Counted from the stretch's first letter, positions 19,314 through 30,306 are shown. The stretch is 64,000 nt of DNA from an uncultured delta proteobacterium (GCA_963794325.1 CAWCDG010000002.1:160001-224000), one strand, 5' to 3'. Numbers and translations are program-made. Notes: generated by a model not told the origin, from the letters alone.

Positions 19314-20108
19314 CTACGGCGACGAAGATGCAGCGGGCGCGGGAGTTGGTGCGGTCTCGCCGGCTCCGATGACCGTGAGTTTCACGTCGTCGAATTCCGC
19401 CTGCGAATCGTCGGCTGCCCAGAGCCCGATCTTGCCCTTGGCGATTTTGTTGTCGTCGAAATCGAAGATCATCTTGTCATTGTCGTAGCACGAGAAGTGG
19501 CCACCCTGCGCAGTCACCTTGAGCCTGTACCAGGTGGCTTTGTCGGTGGGCACGACGTTCTGCTTGAGATTGTTCAGCACACCGTTGGTCACCCGCGAAA
19601 GAGCGAAGTAATCGCTGGGGCATCCGGCGGAGAGCAGGTAGAAATTCTTGTCGTCGACATAACGGAAGATGAGACCGCCGGAACAATCGAAACGTCCGCC
19701 GACGGATTGGAACTGAGCTTCGAGGGTAAAGTCCGAATACTCAGTCGGATCGGTTTCAATTGCGATTGGATAGTACGCGAGCAAACCGGTCAGCGACTTG
19801 AGCATGCGCCCGGCCGGCAAACCGAACACGTTGGGCTTGCTGGGCGCGCTGGGATCAGCAATCACCTGCCAATCACCTTCAATCGCTTTCCATCCCGCGG
19901 CCATTTCGCCGGCCTTGTCCGAATCGAAATTCCAGAGGTGAACTTCGGGAGTCGGGGTGGGCGTCGGCGTCAAAGTTTCGGTGGGCGTCACCTCTGCCTT
20001 TTTCTTTTTTCCTTTCGAATAAGCGGCCGGGCTGACGACCAGCACCATCATCACCAGGCCCGCTGCAATGACTGCGGCGCTTCGCAGCCAGTAATTTTGC
20101 GTCTTCAT
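19314..20108 (-). CDS. Secreted ConA-like/DUF1080-like beta-sandwich protein
   Basis: Signal peptide, TP linker, GGLIFRY.D..NFY, WY.LKV...G, GKIGLW...AEFDDV motifs. Confidence 0.7.
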   Translation of the reverse strand: MKTQNYWLRSAAVIAAGLVMMVLVVSPAAYSKGKKKKAEVTPTETLTPTPTPTPEVHLWNFDSDKAGEMAAGWKAIEGDWQVIADPSAPSKPNVFGLPAGRMLKSLTGLLAYYPIAIETDPTEYSDFTLEAQFQSVGGRFDCSGGLIFRYVDDKNFYLLSAGCPSDYFALSRVTNGVLNNLKQNVVPTDKATWYRLKVTAQGGHFSCYDNDKMIFDFDDNKIAKGKIGLWAADDSQAEFDDVKLTVIGAGETAPTPAPAASSSP

Positions 20109-20369
20109 CTATCCTCTCTCTGCTCCGATGAGCTGGAATCCAGTTGAAGTGGAGCGACGACCGAATCGGCGCGAGTTTCGCCAATGAACGGCGTCGCTGT
20201 CAAGCTGATGTTTTTCGCGGTGAACGCGGAGGCAGCCGCAATACTCCATTGCTTACACAAGATGACCCTCGCGTTGAATAGCCAGTCCGATTTCTATTTT
20301 CGCTTTTTCTTCGTAACTGACTATTCGCGCCAATAGTCAGTTTATTACATCTGATGACGCCCGATTTGC

Positions 20370-20411
20370 TTGACTGTGGTGGGACAGAGTGGGATGTTGT
20401 GGAGCTCTGGG
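20370..20411 (+). promoter_or_regulatory. dcw promoter with MraZ-binding repeats
   Basis: TTGACT -35-like hexamer followed by GTGGG/GTGGG/GTGGA at 10-bp spacing (20379, 20389, 20399), the known MraZ operator architecture. Confidence 0.8.
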
Positions 20412-20423
20412 GAGGGGACGCCG

Positions 20424-20873
20424 GTGTTTAATGGTCGATTCGACCATGCGATCGATGAAAAAGGTCGGGTAAGTATCCCGGCTCGTTTTCGCGAATCTCT
20501 TCAGCGCGAAAATCACGATCGACTTTATATCACGAATTTTCTCTACGCCGGAGAGCGATGTCTGTCGCTGTACCCGCCCAGTCAGTGGGACACGCTCAAC
20601 GCGACTCTGCGCAGCAAGCCAAGATTCGATCCGCGGGTGCAGGCGTTTGAAACATTTTTCATCGGTGGAGCTCATGAAGTGCCGGTCGATCGGCAGGGGC
20701 GGCTTCTCATCCCGACGACGCTGCGCAACTTCGCGCGGCTGGATCGCGAGGTGACGTTTTCCGCGCGGCAGGATCATTTTCAACTTTGGGACAAAAAGAT
20801 CCTCGACAAGGTTTTGAAGGTTGCCGAGGAAACGATCATGGATCCCGAATTTTTCGAGAAGCTTGGTCTCTGA
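20424..20873 (+). CDS. mraZ: Transcriptional repressor MraZ
   Basis: F.G.FDHAIDEKGRVSIPARFR and DRQGRLLIP repeats; first gene of dcw. Confidence 0.95.
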   Translation: MFNGRFDHAIDEKGRVSIPARFRESLQRENHDRLYITNFLYAGERCLSLYPPSQWDTLNATLRSKPRFDPRVQAFETFFIGGAHEVPVDRQGRLLIPTTLRNFARLDREVTFSARQDHFQLWDKKILDKVLKVAEETIMDPEFFEKLGL

Positions 20874-20887
20874 TCGGCAGTGACAGA

Positions 20888-21808
20888 ATGAATCTGGCAG
20901 TGAGATACGAAGACGACGCAGCGGACCGGAGGCATGTGCCGGTGATGGTGGAGGAGGTGTGCGGGCTGTTGTCCGCACACGGTCCGCTCGCGTTCGTCGA
21001 CGTGACTGTGGGGACGGGTGGGCATGCGGCGGCGATGCTACGCGCGACCAAGGCGCGGATGCTCGGGCTGGATCGCGACGCGGCGGCGCTGGCCGTCGCG
21101 CGCGACCGGCTGGTGGAGTTCGGCGATAGGGTCGTGCTTGAGCGCGCGGACTTCGGCGAGATTGCGGCCGTCATGAAGCAGCATCACTTCGACGGCGCTG
21201 ACGCGATACTCGCCGATCTCGGCATGAGCAGCTACGCGCTCGACGATCCTCAGCGCGGGTTTTCGTTCCGGCTCGACGGTCCGCTCGACATGCGGATGGA
21301 CGATCGGCAAACACTGCAAGCGAAAGACATTGTCAATGAAGAGAGCGCCGAGGAAATCGCGCGCATCATCTATACCTACGGCGAGGAGCGCGGCTCGCGG
21401 CGGATAGCGCGGCTGATCGTCGAGGCACGGCGGCGCGGTCCAATCGAGACCACTGGCGAATTGCGCGCGATCGTCGAGCGGGCTCTGGGAGCGCATCGGC
21501 GCGGTGGAGCGCATCCGGCAACGCGGACCTTTCAGGCGCTGCGAATCGCCGTGAATCACGAAATGGAAAGTCTCGCGGCGCTTTTGCGCGACGGTCCCGC
21601 GATGCTCAATCCCGGCGGCCGGATGCTGGTCATCTCGTATCACTCGCTCGAAGATCGACCGGTCAAGGAGCGCTTCCGCGAGCTCGCGCATACAACAGAT
21701 TACACGGCGATCGCGCGCAAGGTGATCAAGCCGTCGTCGGCGGAGACCTCGCGCAATCCACGCGCACGCAGCGCGAAAGTGCGATGCATCGAACGGAGCC
21801 CACGATGA
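20888..21808 (+). CDS. rsmH: 16S rRNA m4C1402 methyltransferase RsmH
   Basis: HVPVM, D.T.G.GGH, DLGMSS, LDMRMD, FQALRIAVN, SYHSLED, NPRARSAK. Confidence 0.96.
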   Translation: MNLAVRYEDDAADRRHVPVMVEEVCGLLSAHGPLAFVDVTVGTGGHAAAMLRATKARMLGLDRDAAALAVARDRLVEFGDRVVLERADFGEIAAVMKQHHFDGADAILADLGMSSYALDDPQRGFSFRLDGPLDMRMDDRQTLQAKDIVNEESAEEIARIIYTYGEERGSRRIARLIVEARRRGPIETTGELRAIVERALGAHRRGGAHPATRTFQALRIAVNHEMESLAALLRDGPAMLNPGGRMLVISYHSLEDRPVKERFRELAHTTDYTAIARKVIKPSSAETSRNPRARSAKVRCIERSPR

Positions 21809-22092
21809 GCCCGCGAGTAAAACCGACGCGGCGGCCCTCGAAGGTAGTGCCGGCGATACTGGGCGCGCTGATCGCGATCGTGGGATTCGCGACGCTGATG
21901 ACGCGGCTGCAAATGACGCAGGAAGGCTACCGGCTTTCCGCGCTGCACGATGAAATCGCGAAACTGCAGGACGAAAATCGCGAGCTGCGCCTGACCGCGG
22001 CTCAGCTCAGTTCGCACGAGAGGCTGCGCGCACTCGCGCCGCAGTATCATCTCGCGCCGCCCGGCCGCGGGCAGGTGGTGATGCTCCCATGA
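21805..22092 (+). CDS. ftsL: Cell division protein FtsL
   Basis: Single TM plus coiled coil; position between rsmH and ftsI. Confidence 0.85.
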   Translation: MSPRVKPTRRPSKVVPAILGALIAIVGFATLMTRLQMTQEGYRLSALHDEIAKLQDENRELRLTAAQLSSHERLRALAPQYHLAPPGRGQVVMLP

Positions 22093-24167
22093 ATACATCG
22101 TTCAAGCAGCGGCGGGCGCGAATCGGAGCACTCACGTTGACGTTGGCGGCGCTGTTCGGACTCGCGGTGATTCGGCTGGTGGTGCTGGTGGCGCTGTACG
22201 GGCCGAAGTTGAACTCCCTGGCGCATAACGAGCACACCGGTGAAACCCAACTCGCAGCGGTGCGCGGACCGATCGTCGATCGCAACGGCGTGCCGCTCGC
22301 GCTCTCGGCGGAGACCCGATCAGTTTACGCGCGGCCGAAGAAGGTGATCGAGTCGAGCACGCCGGCCGAGCGCGGCAAGCTGGCGGCGATCCTGATGATG
22401 ATGCCGATTTCGCTTGAATCGAAATTGAACAACGCGTCGCCGTTTGTATGGCTCGAGCGCCGGATTTCACCGGACAAGGCGCAGGCGGCGGAAGCGCTGG
22501 GCATCGACGGCATCGGCACGATTAGCGAATACAAGCGGTTTTATCCGGAGAGCAACCTGGCCGCGTCGGTGGTGGGGCTGGCTGGGATGGACGGCCAGGG
22601 GCTCTCCGGATTGGAACTGCAATACGACAAGATTGCGCGCGGCGAAGCGGTCGAGCTGAGCTTCGATCACGACGCGCAGGGGCATCCGATATTCGACAGC
22701 CCGCTCGCGCTCAAGGCGCCGGAGCCGGGCGCGCAGCTCGAGTTGACGATCGACTCGTCGATCCAATCGCTGGCCGAAACCGAATTGGCGGCGGAAGTGA
22801 AGGCGAGCGGCGCGAAGCGGGGCAGCGTCATCGTGCTCGATCCGTTTACCGGCGAAGTCATGGCGATGGCGAACGAAAGCGCCGACGGCGCCAGCCTTCA
22901 TGACCGGCTGCATAATCCGGCGGTCGAGGACGCGTTCGAGCCGGGATCGACGATGAAGGGGATTCTCGGATCGATTGCGCTGGCCGATCACGCGATCACT
23001 ACCGACAAACAATTTTTTTGCGAGAACGGGCATTTTACGATCGACCGGCACACGATTCACGATCACAGCCCTCACGGATGGCTGAATCTCGGCGGGATCA
23101 TCGAAGTGTCGTCGAATATCGGCGCGTCGAAGATTGCGCTGACGCTCGGCTCGCAGCGTTACTACGACGGTCTGCGGGCGTTTGGAATCGGATCGCGCAC
23201 CGGAATCGATCTGCCGGGTGAAGCCGGCGGATTGCTGAACAAGCCGGCCGGATGGAAGCAGATCGATCTCGCCAATCATGGTTTCGGGCAGGGCGTGGCG
23301 GTCACTCCGATTCAGCTTGCGGTCGCATACGCGGCAATCGCGAACGGTGGAAATATTGTGCGGCCTTACGTCGTGAAGGCTGCCTACGACGCTGAGGGAC
23401 GCGCGATACTCACGCATACGCCACAGGTATTGCGACGTGCGATCGCGCCAGATATCGCGCATCAGATGAATCTGCTGCTGCGCAACGTCGTCATGTCCGA
23501 TGGCGGCACGGCGGCGAAGGCGCGCGTTGACGGATTTATTGTCGCGGGCAAAACTGGCACAGCGCAGATGGTGAATCCGGAAAACGGCACCTACTATCAG
23601 AATCGGCACGTCTCGTCGTTCGTGGGATTTTTGCCGGCAGACGATCCGCGGCTGCTTATCCTGGTAGCGCTGTATGACGTCGGTCACGAGCACTTTGGCG
23701 GCTTGATCGCGGCGCCGGTGTTCAGTGAAATCGCGCAGGGCGCCGTTCGTGATTTGAATATCACCGCGCCCGGCGAGCCCACCGATACTGCCAGCATGAT
23801 CCCGATGCCCGATTTCGGCAAAGATTCGAACGGCAAAACTCCGACAACAGCAGTTGCAGATCCCGACGACTATCTGCCGGTGCTGACGGGATCGAAGCTG
23901 ACGCGCGCGACGCCGAATTTTGCGGGGCTCAGTCTCAGGCGCGCGATGGAACTGGCGCGCGTCTCGCGGGTCAACGTCGATGTGCACGGCGGCGGCTATG
24001 TCGTCGCGCAGGAGCCGAGCGCTGGTGCTCCGCTCAATCATGCGACGGTGAAATTGACACTGGCTGCGATTGTTGCGGACAGTGGAGTCGAGACGGCGGC
24101 GGATTCCAGCGTCGTGCCCGCATCGTATTTCAGTGGCGGCGGTGTATCGCCCGTCAGGCGAAAGTGA
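22089..24167 (+). CDS. ftsI: Peptidoglycan transpeptidase FtsI (PBP3) with C-terminal PASTA domain
   Basis: RGPIVDRNG, EPGSTMK, SSN and KTGTAQ motifs. Confidence 0.95.
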   Translation: MNTSFKQRRARIGALTLTLAALFGLAVIRLVVLVALYGPKLNSLAHNEHTGETQLAAVRGPIVDRNGVPLALSAETRSVYARPKKVIESSTPAERGKLAAILMMMPISLESKLNNASPFVWLERRISPDKAQAAEALGIDGIGTISEYKRFYPESNLAASVVGLAGMDGQGLSGLELQYDKIARGEAVELSFDHDAQGHPIFDSPLALKAPEPGAQLELTIDSSIQSLAETELAAEVKASGAKRGSVIVLDPFTGEVMAMANESADGASLHDRLHNPAVEDAFEPGSTMKGILGSIALADHAITTDKQFFCENGHFTIDRHTIHDHSPHGWLNLGGIIEVSSNIGASKIALTLGSQRYYDGLRAFGIGSRTGIDLPGEAGGLLNKPAGWKQIDLANHGFGQGVAVTPIQLAVAYAAIANGGNIVRPYVVKAAYDAEGRAILTHTPQVLRRAIAPDIAHQMNLLLRNVVMSDGGTAAKARVDGFIVAGKTGTAQMVNPENGTYYQNRHVSSFVGFLPADDPRLLILVALYDVGHEHFGGLIAAPVFSEIAQGAVRDLNITAPGEPTDTASMIPMPDFGKDSNGKTPTTAVADPDDYLPVLTGSKLTRATPNFAGLSLRRAMELARVSRVNVDVHGGGYVVAQEPSAGAPLNHATVKLTLAAIVADSGVETAADSSVVPASYFSGGGVSPVRRK

Positions 24168-25684
24168 AACTTGGTGAACTGCTCGAAGGACTCGACGTCC
24201 GTCGAATCGACGGCGACCTGAACGTGGAAATCACGGGCCTCAGTTACGACTCGCGTCAGACGAGGCCCGGTCATCTGTACTTCTCGACGGCCCGCGATGC
24301 GACGCGCAACCGGGCCAACATTGACGATGCATTAAACCGTGGGGCGCGCGCTGTGGTGGTTGGTGGTTGGGCAGGTGGAACAGCGCGCCCCGCGGTGACC
24401 ATGGTGGGGAGCGAGCGGCCGCGCCTGTTGATGGGCGCGGCCGCGTCGCGATTTTTCGGAGCGCCGAGCGAGCGCGTCGATTTGATCGGCATCACCGGGA
24501 CCAGCGGAAAGACCACGACCAGTTACATACTCGCGTCGATTTTCGAAGCGGCCGGGATGCCCGCCGGAATCATCGGCACCATCGGAATTTTCATCAGCGG
24601 CAAGAAAATTTACAGCGGACTCACCACGCCTGAATCGATCGATTTCGAATCCGCGCTGGCGCAGATGGAGCATGAGGGCGTGCGTCATGCAATTGCCGAG
24701 GTGTCGTCGCAGGGAATCGCGGAAGGGCGGGTCGAAGCGCTGAACTTTCGCGCATGCATGTTCACCAACCTTGGTCGCGACCATCTGGACTATCACAAGA
24801 CGATCGAAGATTACTTCGCGGCGAAGTTGCGGCTTTTCACTGAGATCCTCCCGCGAAGCAAACGCACAGACACGGTAGCGGTCGTTCGCGGCGACGATCC
24901 GTTTGGGCGCCGCGTGCTCGAAGCGGTGAAGGGATCGAAAATAAGTTTCGGGATGGACCGTTCTCTCGACGTGCATCCCGAGAAATTCGATGCGGACCTT
25001 AGCGGGATTCGCGCGACGCTGTCGGTGCTCGGCAAAAAAATCGAAATCGAGTCGCCGCTGATCGGCGAGATCAACTTGCTCAATATTCTGGGCGCGGCTG
25101 GCGTGTCGGCGGCCCTGGGTATCGATATGGGCGCGGCGGCGGTTGGGGTGCGACGATGCCCCGGGGCCCCTGGCAGGCTCGAAGCGGTCGCGGCGAAATC
25201 CGGTGTCACGGTGCTGGTCGATTACGCGCACAAGCCGGACGCCCTCGATGCGGTGCTGACTGCGCTTCGGCGTTTGCGCGCGGGCAGAATAATTTGCGTA
25301 TTTGGATGCGGTGGAGATCGCGACCGCGGCAAGCGTCCGATCATGGGTGAGATTGCGGGGCGCCTTGCCGATATCCCGATTCTCACTTCCGACAATCCAC
25401 GCACCGAAGATCCACTGGCGATAATCGCCGAAGTCGAGCAAGGTTTGGTCGCGTCCGGACGTGCGCGAAGCGATGACTCGTCGACGGCTGGCGGATATAT
25501 CGTGGAGCCTGATCGGCGCAAGGCCATCGCGATCGCGATACGAATCGCGGCGGCGGGTGACGCGGTTTTGATCGCAGGCAAAGGACACGAGGATTATCAG
25601 TTGGTGGCGGGCCGCGTGCTCCCGTTCGACGATCGGGTCGTGGTCCGCGAGATTGCCGCCGAACTCGGCGGCGGGCAGAGTTGA
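24164..25684 (+). CDS. murE: UDP-MurNAc-tripeptide synthetase MurE (meso-DAP type)
   Basis: TGTSGKTT, DHLDYH, DYAH, GCGGDRD, DNPR, GKGHE. Confidence 0.96.
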   Translation: MKLGELLEGLDVRRIDGDLNVEITGLSYDSRQTRPGHLYFSTARDATRNRANIDDALNRGARAVVVGGWAGGTARPAVTMVGSERPRLLMGAAASRFFGAPSERVDLIGITGTSGKTTTSYILASIFEAAGMPAGIIGTIGIFISGKKIYSGLTTPESIDFESALAQMEHEGVRHAIAEVSSQGIAEGRVEALNFRACMFTNLGRDHLDYHKTIEDYFAAKLRLFTEILPRSKRTDTVAVVRGDDPFGRRVLEAVKGSKISFGMDRSLDVHPEKFDADLSGIRATLSVLGKKIEIESPLIGEINLLNILGAAGVSAALGIDMGAAAVGVRRCPGAPGRLEAVAAKSGVTVLVDYAHKPDALDAVLTALRRLRAGRIICVFGCGGDRDRGKRPIMGEIAGRLADIPILTSDNPRTEDPLAIIAEVEQGLVASGRARSDDSSTAGGYIVEPDRRKAIAIAIRIAAAGDAVLIAGKGHEDYQLVAGRVLPFDDRVVVREIAAELGGGQS

Positions 25685-25702
25685 GATTCGGCGAGCGTTG
25701 CG

Positions 25703-26782
25703 ATGCTCTACCTGCTGCTCTACCCCCTGCACAAATATTACTCCGGATTCAACGCGCTCCGGTACGAAACGCTGCGCTCGGTGCTTGCCGGACTTACCGC
25801 GCTCGCGCTGTCGTTGGCTCTGGGACCCATTCTAATCGAACGGTTCCGCGAGCTGCGCATCGGCCAGACGATTCGCGAGGTCGTTCCGCAGGCGCATCAG
25901 AAGAAAGCCGGCACGCCGACCATGGGCGGACTGCTGATCGTCGCATCGATGCTGTCTGCGACGCTCCTGCTCGCCAACATTTTAAATCCGTATGTCTGGA
26001 TCGCGATCTTCGTGACGCTGAGTTTCGGCGCGATCGGTTTCAGCGACGACTACTTCAAGCTCGCTCGCGGCAAGGGGCTTGGCCTTTCCGGGCCCGCGAA
26101 ACTTGTGTGGTCGTTCTCGTGCGCGTTCATCGCGGCCGCGTGGCTCTTTCTGTATCTCGGCTTCGACACGCATCTGACTGTTCCATTCCTGAAGAATGTA
26201 CATCCTGATCTGCACGTCTGGTTTTACATTCCGTTCGCGATGCTGGTGATCGTTGGATGCTCGCACGCGGTGAACCTGACTGATGGGCTCGACGGTCTCG
26301 CGATTGGACCCGTGATGACCGTCGCGCTCACTTACTGGACGTTCAGCTACGTCGCCGGCAACATCAAGTTCGCGAGTTACCTGCAGATCCCGTACATCGC
26401 GAACATGGGCGAGGTCGCAATTTTCTGCGCGTCGATCATCGCCGCATCGCTCGGCTTCTTGTGGTTCAACGCGTATCCGGCCTCGATGATGATGGGCGAT
26501 GTCGGCGCACTCGCGCTCGGCGGTGCGATCGGCACGGTCGCGGTGCTGTGCAAACAGGAACTGGCGCTGATAATCGCGGGCGGAGTGTTCGTCGCGGAGG
26601 CGGCCTCAACCATCATTCAGCGATATTATTTCAAAGCGACGCGCAAGCGATTTTTCCTGATGGCGCCGCTGCACCATCACTTTGAACTCAAGGGCATTCC
26701 CGAGACCGTGGTCGTGATCAGATTCTGGATCGTATCGATCGTGTGCGCGCTGGTCGCGCTGAGCACGCTGAAGCTGCGTTGA
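25703..26782 (+). CDS. mraY: Phospho-MurNAc-pentapeptide translocase MraY
   Basis: KKAGTPTMGG, DDY.K, NLTDGLDGL, MGDVG, MAPLHHHFE. Confidence 0.97.
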   Translation: MLYLLLYPLHKYYSGFNALRYETLRSVLAGLTALALSLALGPILIERFRELRIGQTIREVVPQAHQKKAGTPTMGGLLIVASMLSATLLLANILNPYVWIAIFVTLSFGAIGFSDDYFKLARGKGLGLSGPAKLVWSFSCAFIAAAWLFLYLGFDTHLTVPFLKNVHPDLHVWFYIPFAMLVIVGCSHAVNLTDGLDGLAIGPVMTVALTYWTFSYVAGNIKFASYLQIPYIANMGEVAIFCASIIAASLGFLWFNAYPASMMMGDVGALALGGAIGTVAVLCKQELALIIAGGVFVAEAASTIIQRYYFKATRKRFFLMAPLHHHFELKGIPETVVVIRFWIVSIVCALVALSTLKLR

Positions 26783-26786
26783 ATCG

Positions 26787-28124
26787 ATGGAACTTTCGGA
26801 CAAACGCGTGATGGTTGTGGGACTTGGGGTCAGCGGAGTCGCCGCGGCCCGGTTTCTCGCCTCGCGCGGCGCAAGACTCGTGATGACCGATCGGCGCGTC
26901 GATGTCGATCGCAGCAATCTGCCTCAGGGCGCGTTGAAGCTGGGCGCGGAAGACGCGAGCCGGCTGGACGGCATCGACCTCGTCGTCACGAGTCCCGGAG
27001 TACCGCGCGATTCTATTCTGTTGACTGCCGCGACCGCTCGTGGAATTCCGGTGATCGGTGAGATCGAACTCGCCAGCCGCTTCCTTGATGCACCAATCGC
27101 CGCGATCACCGGCACCAACGGCAAGAGCACGGTGGTCGTGCTGCTCGGCGAGATTCTCAAAGCGTCGGGACGGCGCACTTTCGTCGGCGGCAACCTCGGC
27201 ACGCCGCTAATCGACGCGGTCGGTGGCGAATACGACGTCGCGGTTGTCGAGGTGTCGAGTTTCCAGTTGGAGTGGATCGAGAAATTTCGACCGAAGGCAG
27301 GCGTGCATCTTAATCTGACCGACGATCACTTCGATCGCTACAAGGATCTCGACGACTACGGACGCGCGAAGGCGCGCTTGTTCGAGAATCAGCAGGCTTC
27401 CGACTACGCGATTCTGAATCGCGACGATCCCAATGTATGGAAGCTCGCGAAAAGCGTGCGTGCGCGTGTGATTGGCTTCGGGCACGCGCGCGGCGAATCG
27501 GGAGCGTCGATCTGGTTCGACGAGCCGGCTAACGCGATCGCGTTCGATTTTGATTTTGACGACGCGCCTCGCGGACGAATCAGCCTCGAAGGTTTTCGCC
27601 TGCGCGGCCGGCACAACATCTCCAATGCGATGGCGGCGTCGGCGGCGGCGCTCGCGCTTCGCATCAAGGCCGGACAAATCGAGCGCGCGCTTGCATCGTT
27701 CCGAGGCCTACCGCATCGGATTGAGGTCGTACACGAACGCGACGGCGTGACTTATATCGACGACTCGAAGGGGACCAACGTCGGTGCCGTGGTCGAAGCG
27801 ATCGACGCGCTCACTGCGCCGATAATTTTGATCGCCGGCGGTCTCGATAAGGGCGGCGACTACGCTCCGCTGCGGCGTCCACTCGGCGAAAAAGTAAAAC
27901 TGGCGATTTTCAACGGCGCGGCGCGCGACAAGATGGCGGCGGCGCTCGACGGCGCGACGAAGATAGAATCGGTGGCGACTCTCAAGGAAGCGGTCGAACA
28001 TGCGGCGCGCGCGGCGCGGCCGGGCGACACTGTCCTGCTCTCGCCGGCGTGCTCGAGCTTCGATCAATTCAAGGACTATGCGGAACGTGGGAACGTATAT
28101 AAAGAGCTGGTTCGGGCGCTTTGA
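26787..28124 (+). CDS. murD: UDP-MurNAc-L-Ala:D-Glu ligase MurD
   Basis: GLGVSG, SPGV, TGTNGKST, EVSSFQLE, DDSKGTN, LSPACSSFDQF. Confidence 0.96.
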   Translation: MELSDKRVMVVGLGVSGVAAARFLASRGARLVMTDRRVDVDRSNLPQGALKLGAEDASRLDGIDLVVTSPGVPRDSILLTAATARGIPVIGEIELASRFLDAPIAAITGTNGKSTVVVLLGEILKASGRRTFVGGNLGTPLIDAVGGEYDVAVVEVSSFQLEWIEKFRPKAGVHLNLTDDHFDRYKDLDDYGRAKARLFENQQASDYAILNRDDPNVWKLAKSVRARVIGFGHARGESGASIWFDEPANAIAFDFDFDDAPRGRISLEGFRLRGRHNISNAMAASAAALALRIKAGQIERALASFRGLPHRIEVVHERDGVTYIDDSKGTNVGAVVEAIDALTAPIILIAGGLDKGGDYAPLRRPLGEKVKLAIFNGAARDKMAAALDGATKIESVATLKEAVEHAARAARPGDTVLLSPACSSFDQFKDYAERGNVYKELVRAL

Positions 28125-29226
28125 CGCGGTAAGCTACCGGCGCCCCGACCCGTGGCTGTGGCTGCCGGCGGCGGTGCTGTTGCTACTGGGGCTGCTGATG
28201 GTGCTGAACACGACCTACTTTCTCGGTATCGAGAAGCGCGGCGACGCGTTCCATTTTTTCAAGCTTCACCTGGCGCACATCGCGGTAGGCTTCGTGTTTT
28301 TGATGTTGCTCTCGCAATTCTCGCTGGCGGGGCTGCGACGTATCGCGATGCCCCTGTTCATCGCGTCCATCGTGATGCTCGCGCTGCTCTACGTGCCTGG
28401 GTTCGGGTTGATGAAGGGCGGCGCGCGCCGATGGCTCAGGCTGGGACCGGTGATCGCGGAACCGTCGGAGCTGGTGAAATTCGCGCTGGTATTTTTCCTC
28501 GCGAAGTTTCTCAGCGCGCGGCAGAATCGGATCCGCGAATTCAAGCATGGCCCGCTCGCGGTGTTTCTGATCGTCGGACCGATCACGCTTTTAATTTTGA
28601 AGCAGCCTGACTTCGGCAGTACCGTGATGATTGCTCTGATCCTGTTCGCGATGCTGTGGGCGGCCGGCGCGCGCTGGCAGCATCTTGCCGGTGCGGGCGG
28701 TGGCGCGCTCGGTCTGTTGGCTTTTCAGGCAGTGGCGAAGTCGTACCGGATGAAGCGCCTGACTACGTTTCTCGATCCATGGTCAGTCGCGCGCGGCGCC
28801 GGCTTCCAACTCGTACAATCGTTCATCGCGCTCGGCGAAGGCGGCAAATGGGGAGTCGGTCTCGGCGCTGGACGCCAGAAGATGTTCTACTTGCCGGAAG
28901 CTCACACCGACTTTGTGTTCGCCGTCGTTGGCGAGGAGTTCGGCCTGATCGGCGCGGCAGTCGTAATCTCCCTGTTCCTGGTGATCCTGTTCCGCGGGAT
29001 GCGAATCGCGCATGACGAGCCCGATCCGTTCGCGAGTCTGCTCGCGGTGGGACTGACGGCGCTGCTCTCGATTCAAGCTCTGATCAACATGTCGGTGGTG
29101 ATCGGGCTGATCCCGACCAAGGGACTGCCGCTGCCGTTTCTGAGTTACGGCGGCACTTCGATCATCATCGCGATGGCGGCGTTGGGCGCGCTACTGGCGC
29201 TCGGACGCCGGCCGGCGGTGCGATGA
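28078..29226 (+). CDS. ftsW: Peptidoglycan polymerase FtsW
   Basis: GARRW, PSELVK, QPDFG, LPEAHTDF, EEFG, LPFLSYGG; start uncertain (28078 or 28087). Confidence 0.93.
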   Translation: MRNVGTYIKSWFGRFDAVSYRRPDPWLWLPAAVLLLLGLLMVLNTTYFLGIEKRGDAFHFFKLHLAHIAVGFVFLMLLSQFSLAGLRRIAMPLFIASIVMLALLYVPGFGLMKGGARRWLRLGPVIAEPSELVKFALVFFLAKFLSARQNRIREFKHGPLAVFLIVGPITLLILKQPDFGSTVMIALILFAMLWAAGARWQHLAGAGGGALGLLAFQAVAKSYRMKRLTTFLDPWSVARGAGFQLVQSFIALGEGGKWGVGLGAGRQKMFYLPEAHTDFVFAVVGEEFGLIGAAVVISLFLVILFRGMRIAHDEPDPFASLLAVGLTALLSIQALINMSVVIGLIPTKGLPLPFLSYGGTSIIIAMAALGALLALGRRPAVR

Positions 29227-30306
29227 AAGTGATAATCGCGGGAGGCGGAACGGGCGGGCATCTTTTTCCGGCAGTCGCGCTGGGCGAGGAAATGATGCGC
29301 GAGCGTCCCAACCTCGAAGTGCTGTTCGTCGGCACGAGCGCGGGACTCGAGGCCAAGTGGCTGCCGAAGAGTGGATACCGGTACGAGCTTTTCGAGATGC
29401 ATGGAATTCGCGGGCATAACGTATCTCGAGCGCGCGCGAGCGTCGATGGAATTCATCCGCGCGATCGGCCTCGCGACGTCGCTGGTCAGGCGGTTTCGTC
29501 CGAGCATCGTCGTGAGCGCCGGTGGATATGCGTCGGCCTCGATGGGCGCGGCGGCGATCCTGACGCGGACCCCGCTGCTGTTGATGGAACAGAACACGCG
29601 TCCGGGTCTGGCGAACCGCATGATGGCGAGGTTCGCGCAAAAGATTTGCGTCGGCTTCAGTGACAGCGTCCCTTATTTCAGTTCTGCTAAAGTAGAGGTG
29701 ACCGGTAATCCGACCCGCTTCCGATACCGGCCTGACCGATCGCGACGGGAGGGCGAGCAATTACAAATCCTTGTTTTAGGCGGTTCATCGGGAGCGCATC
29801 GCCTGAATATTGGTGTCGTTGGGGCTTTCAAAATCTGCGGAAAAAGTGTTATAAATTGGAACGTAGTGCATCAGACTGGGGAGGCGGATGAGGAGTTGGT
29901 GAGGAGCGCATACCGCGAGTTCGGGTTCGCGGCGGAGGTGGTGCCGTTTATCGACGACGTCGCCGACGCCTTGCATCGCGCCGATCTGGTTATCGCTCGT
30001 TCTGGCGCGATGACGGTTACCGATATTGCTCTTGGCGCGCGTGCGGCTATTTTCGTGCCGTATCCCTTCCACAAGGATCAGCAGCAGGTTCACAACGCGC
30101 GCGTGCTTGAAAAGCGTGGCGGAGCGATAATTGTTCGCGACGATGAGAATCTTGCGGCCAATCTCGCGCGCGAGATCGAAACGCTGGTGAAGAATCCGTC
30201 GCGGCTGGACGAGATGGGTTCGCGAGCGCATCAAGCGGCGCATCCCGACGCGGCTCGTCATGTGGCGCAAATTTGTTTTGAAGTTGCGGAGAAAGCGGCA
30301 GCGTGA
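29223..30306 (+). CDS. murG: MurG GlcNAc transferase, frameshifted near 29424 (probable assembly error)
   Basis: N-terminal GGGTGGH in ORF 29223..29663; GGY, EQN..PG.AN, GNP.R, GGS.GA, RSGA.T in ORF 29371..30306; one extra base separates them. Confidence 0.9.

Noticed and set aside
29400-29440. Programmed frameshift in murG
   Set aside because: No slippery site or stimulatory structure, and several similar indels occur elsewhere in the window.
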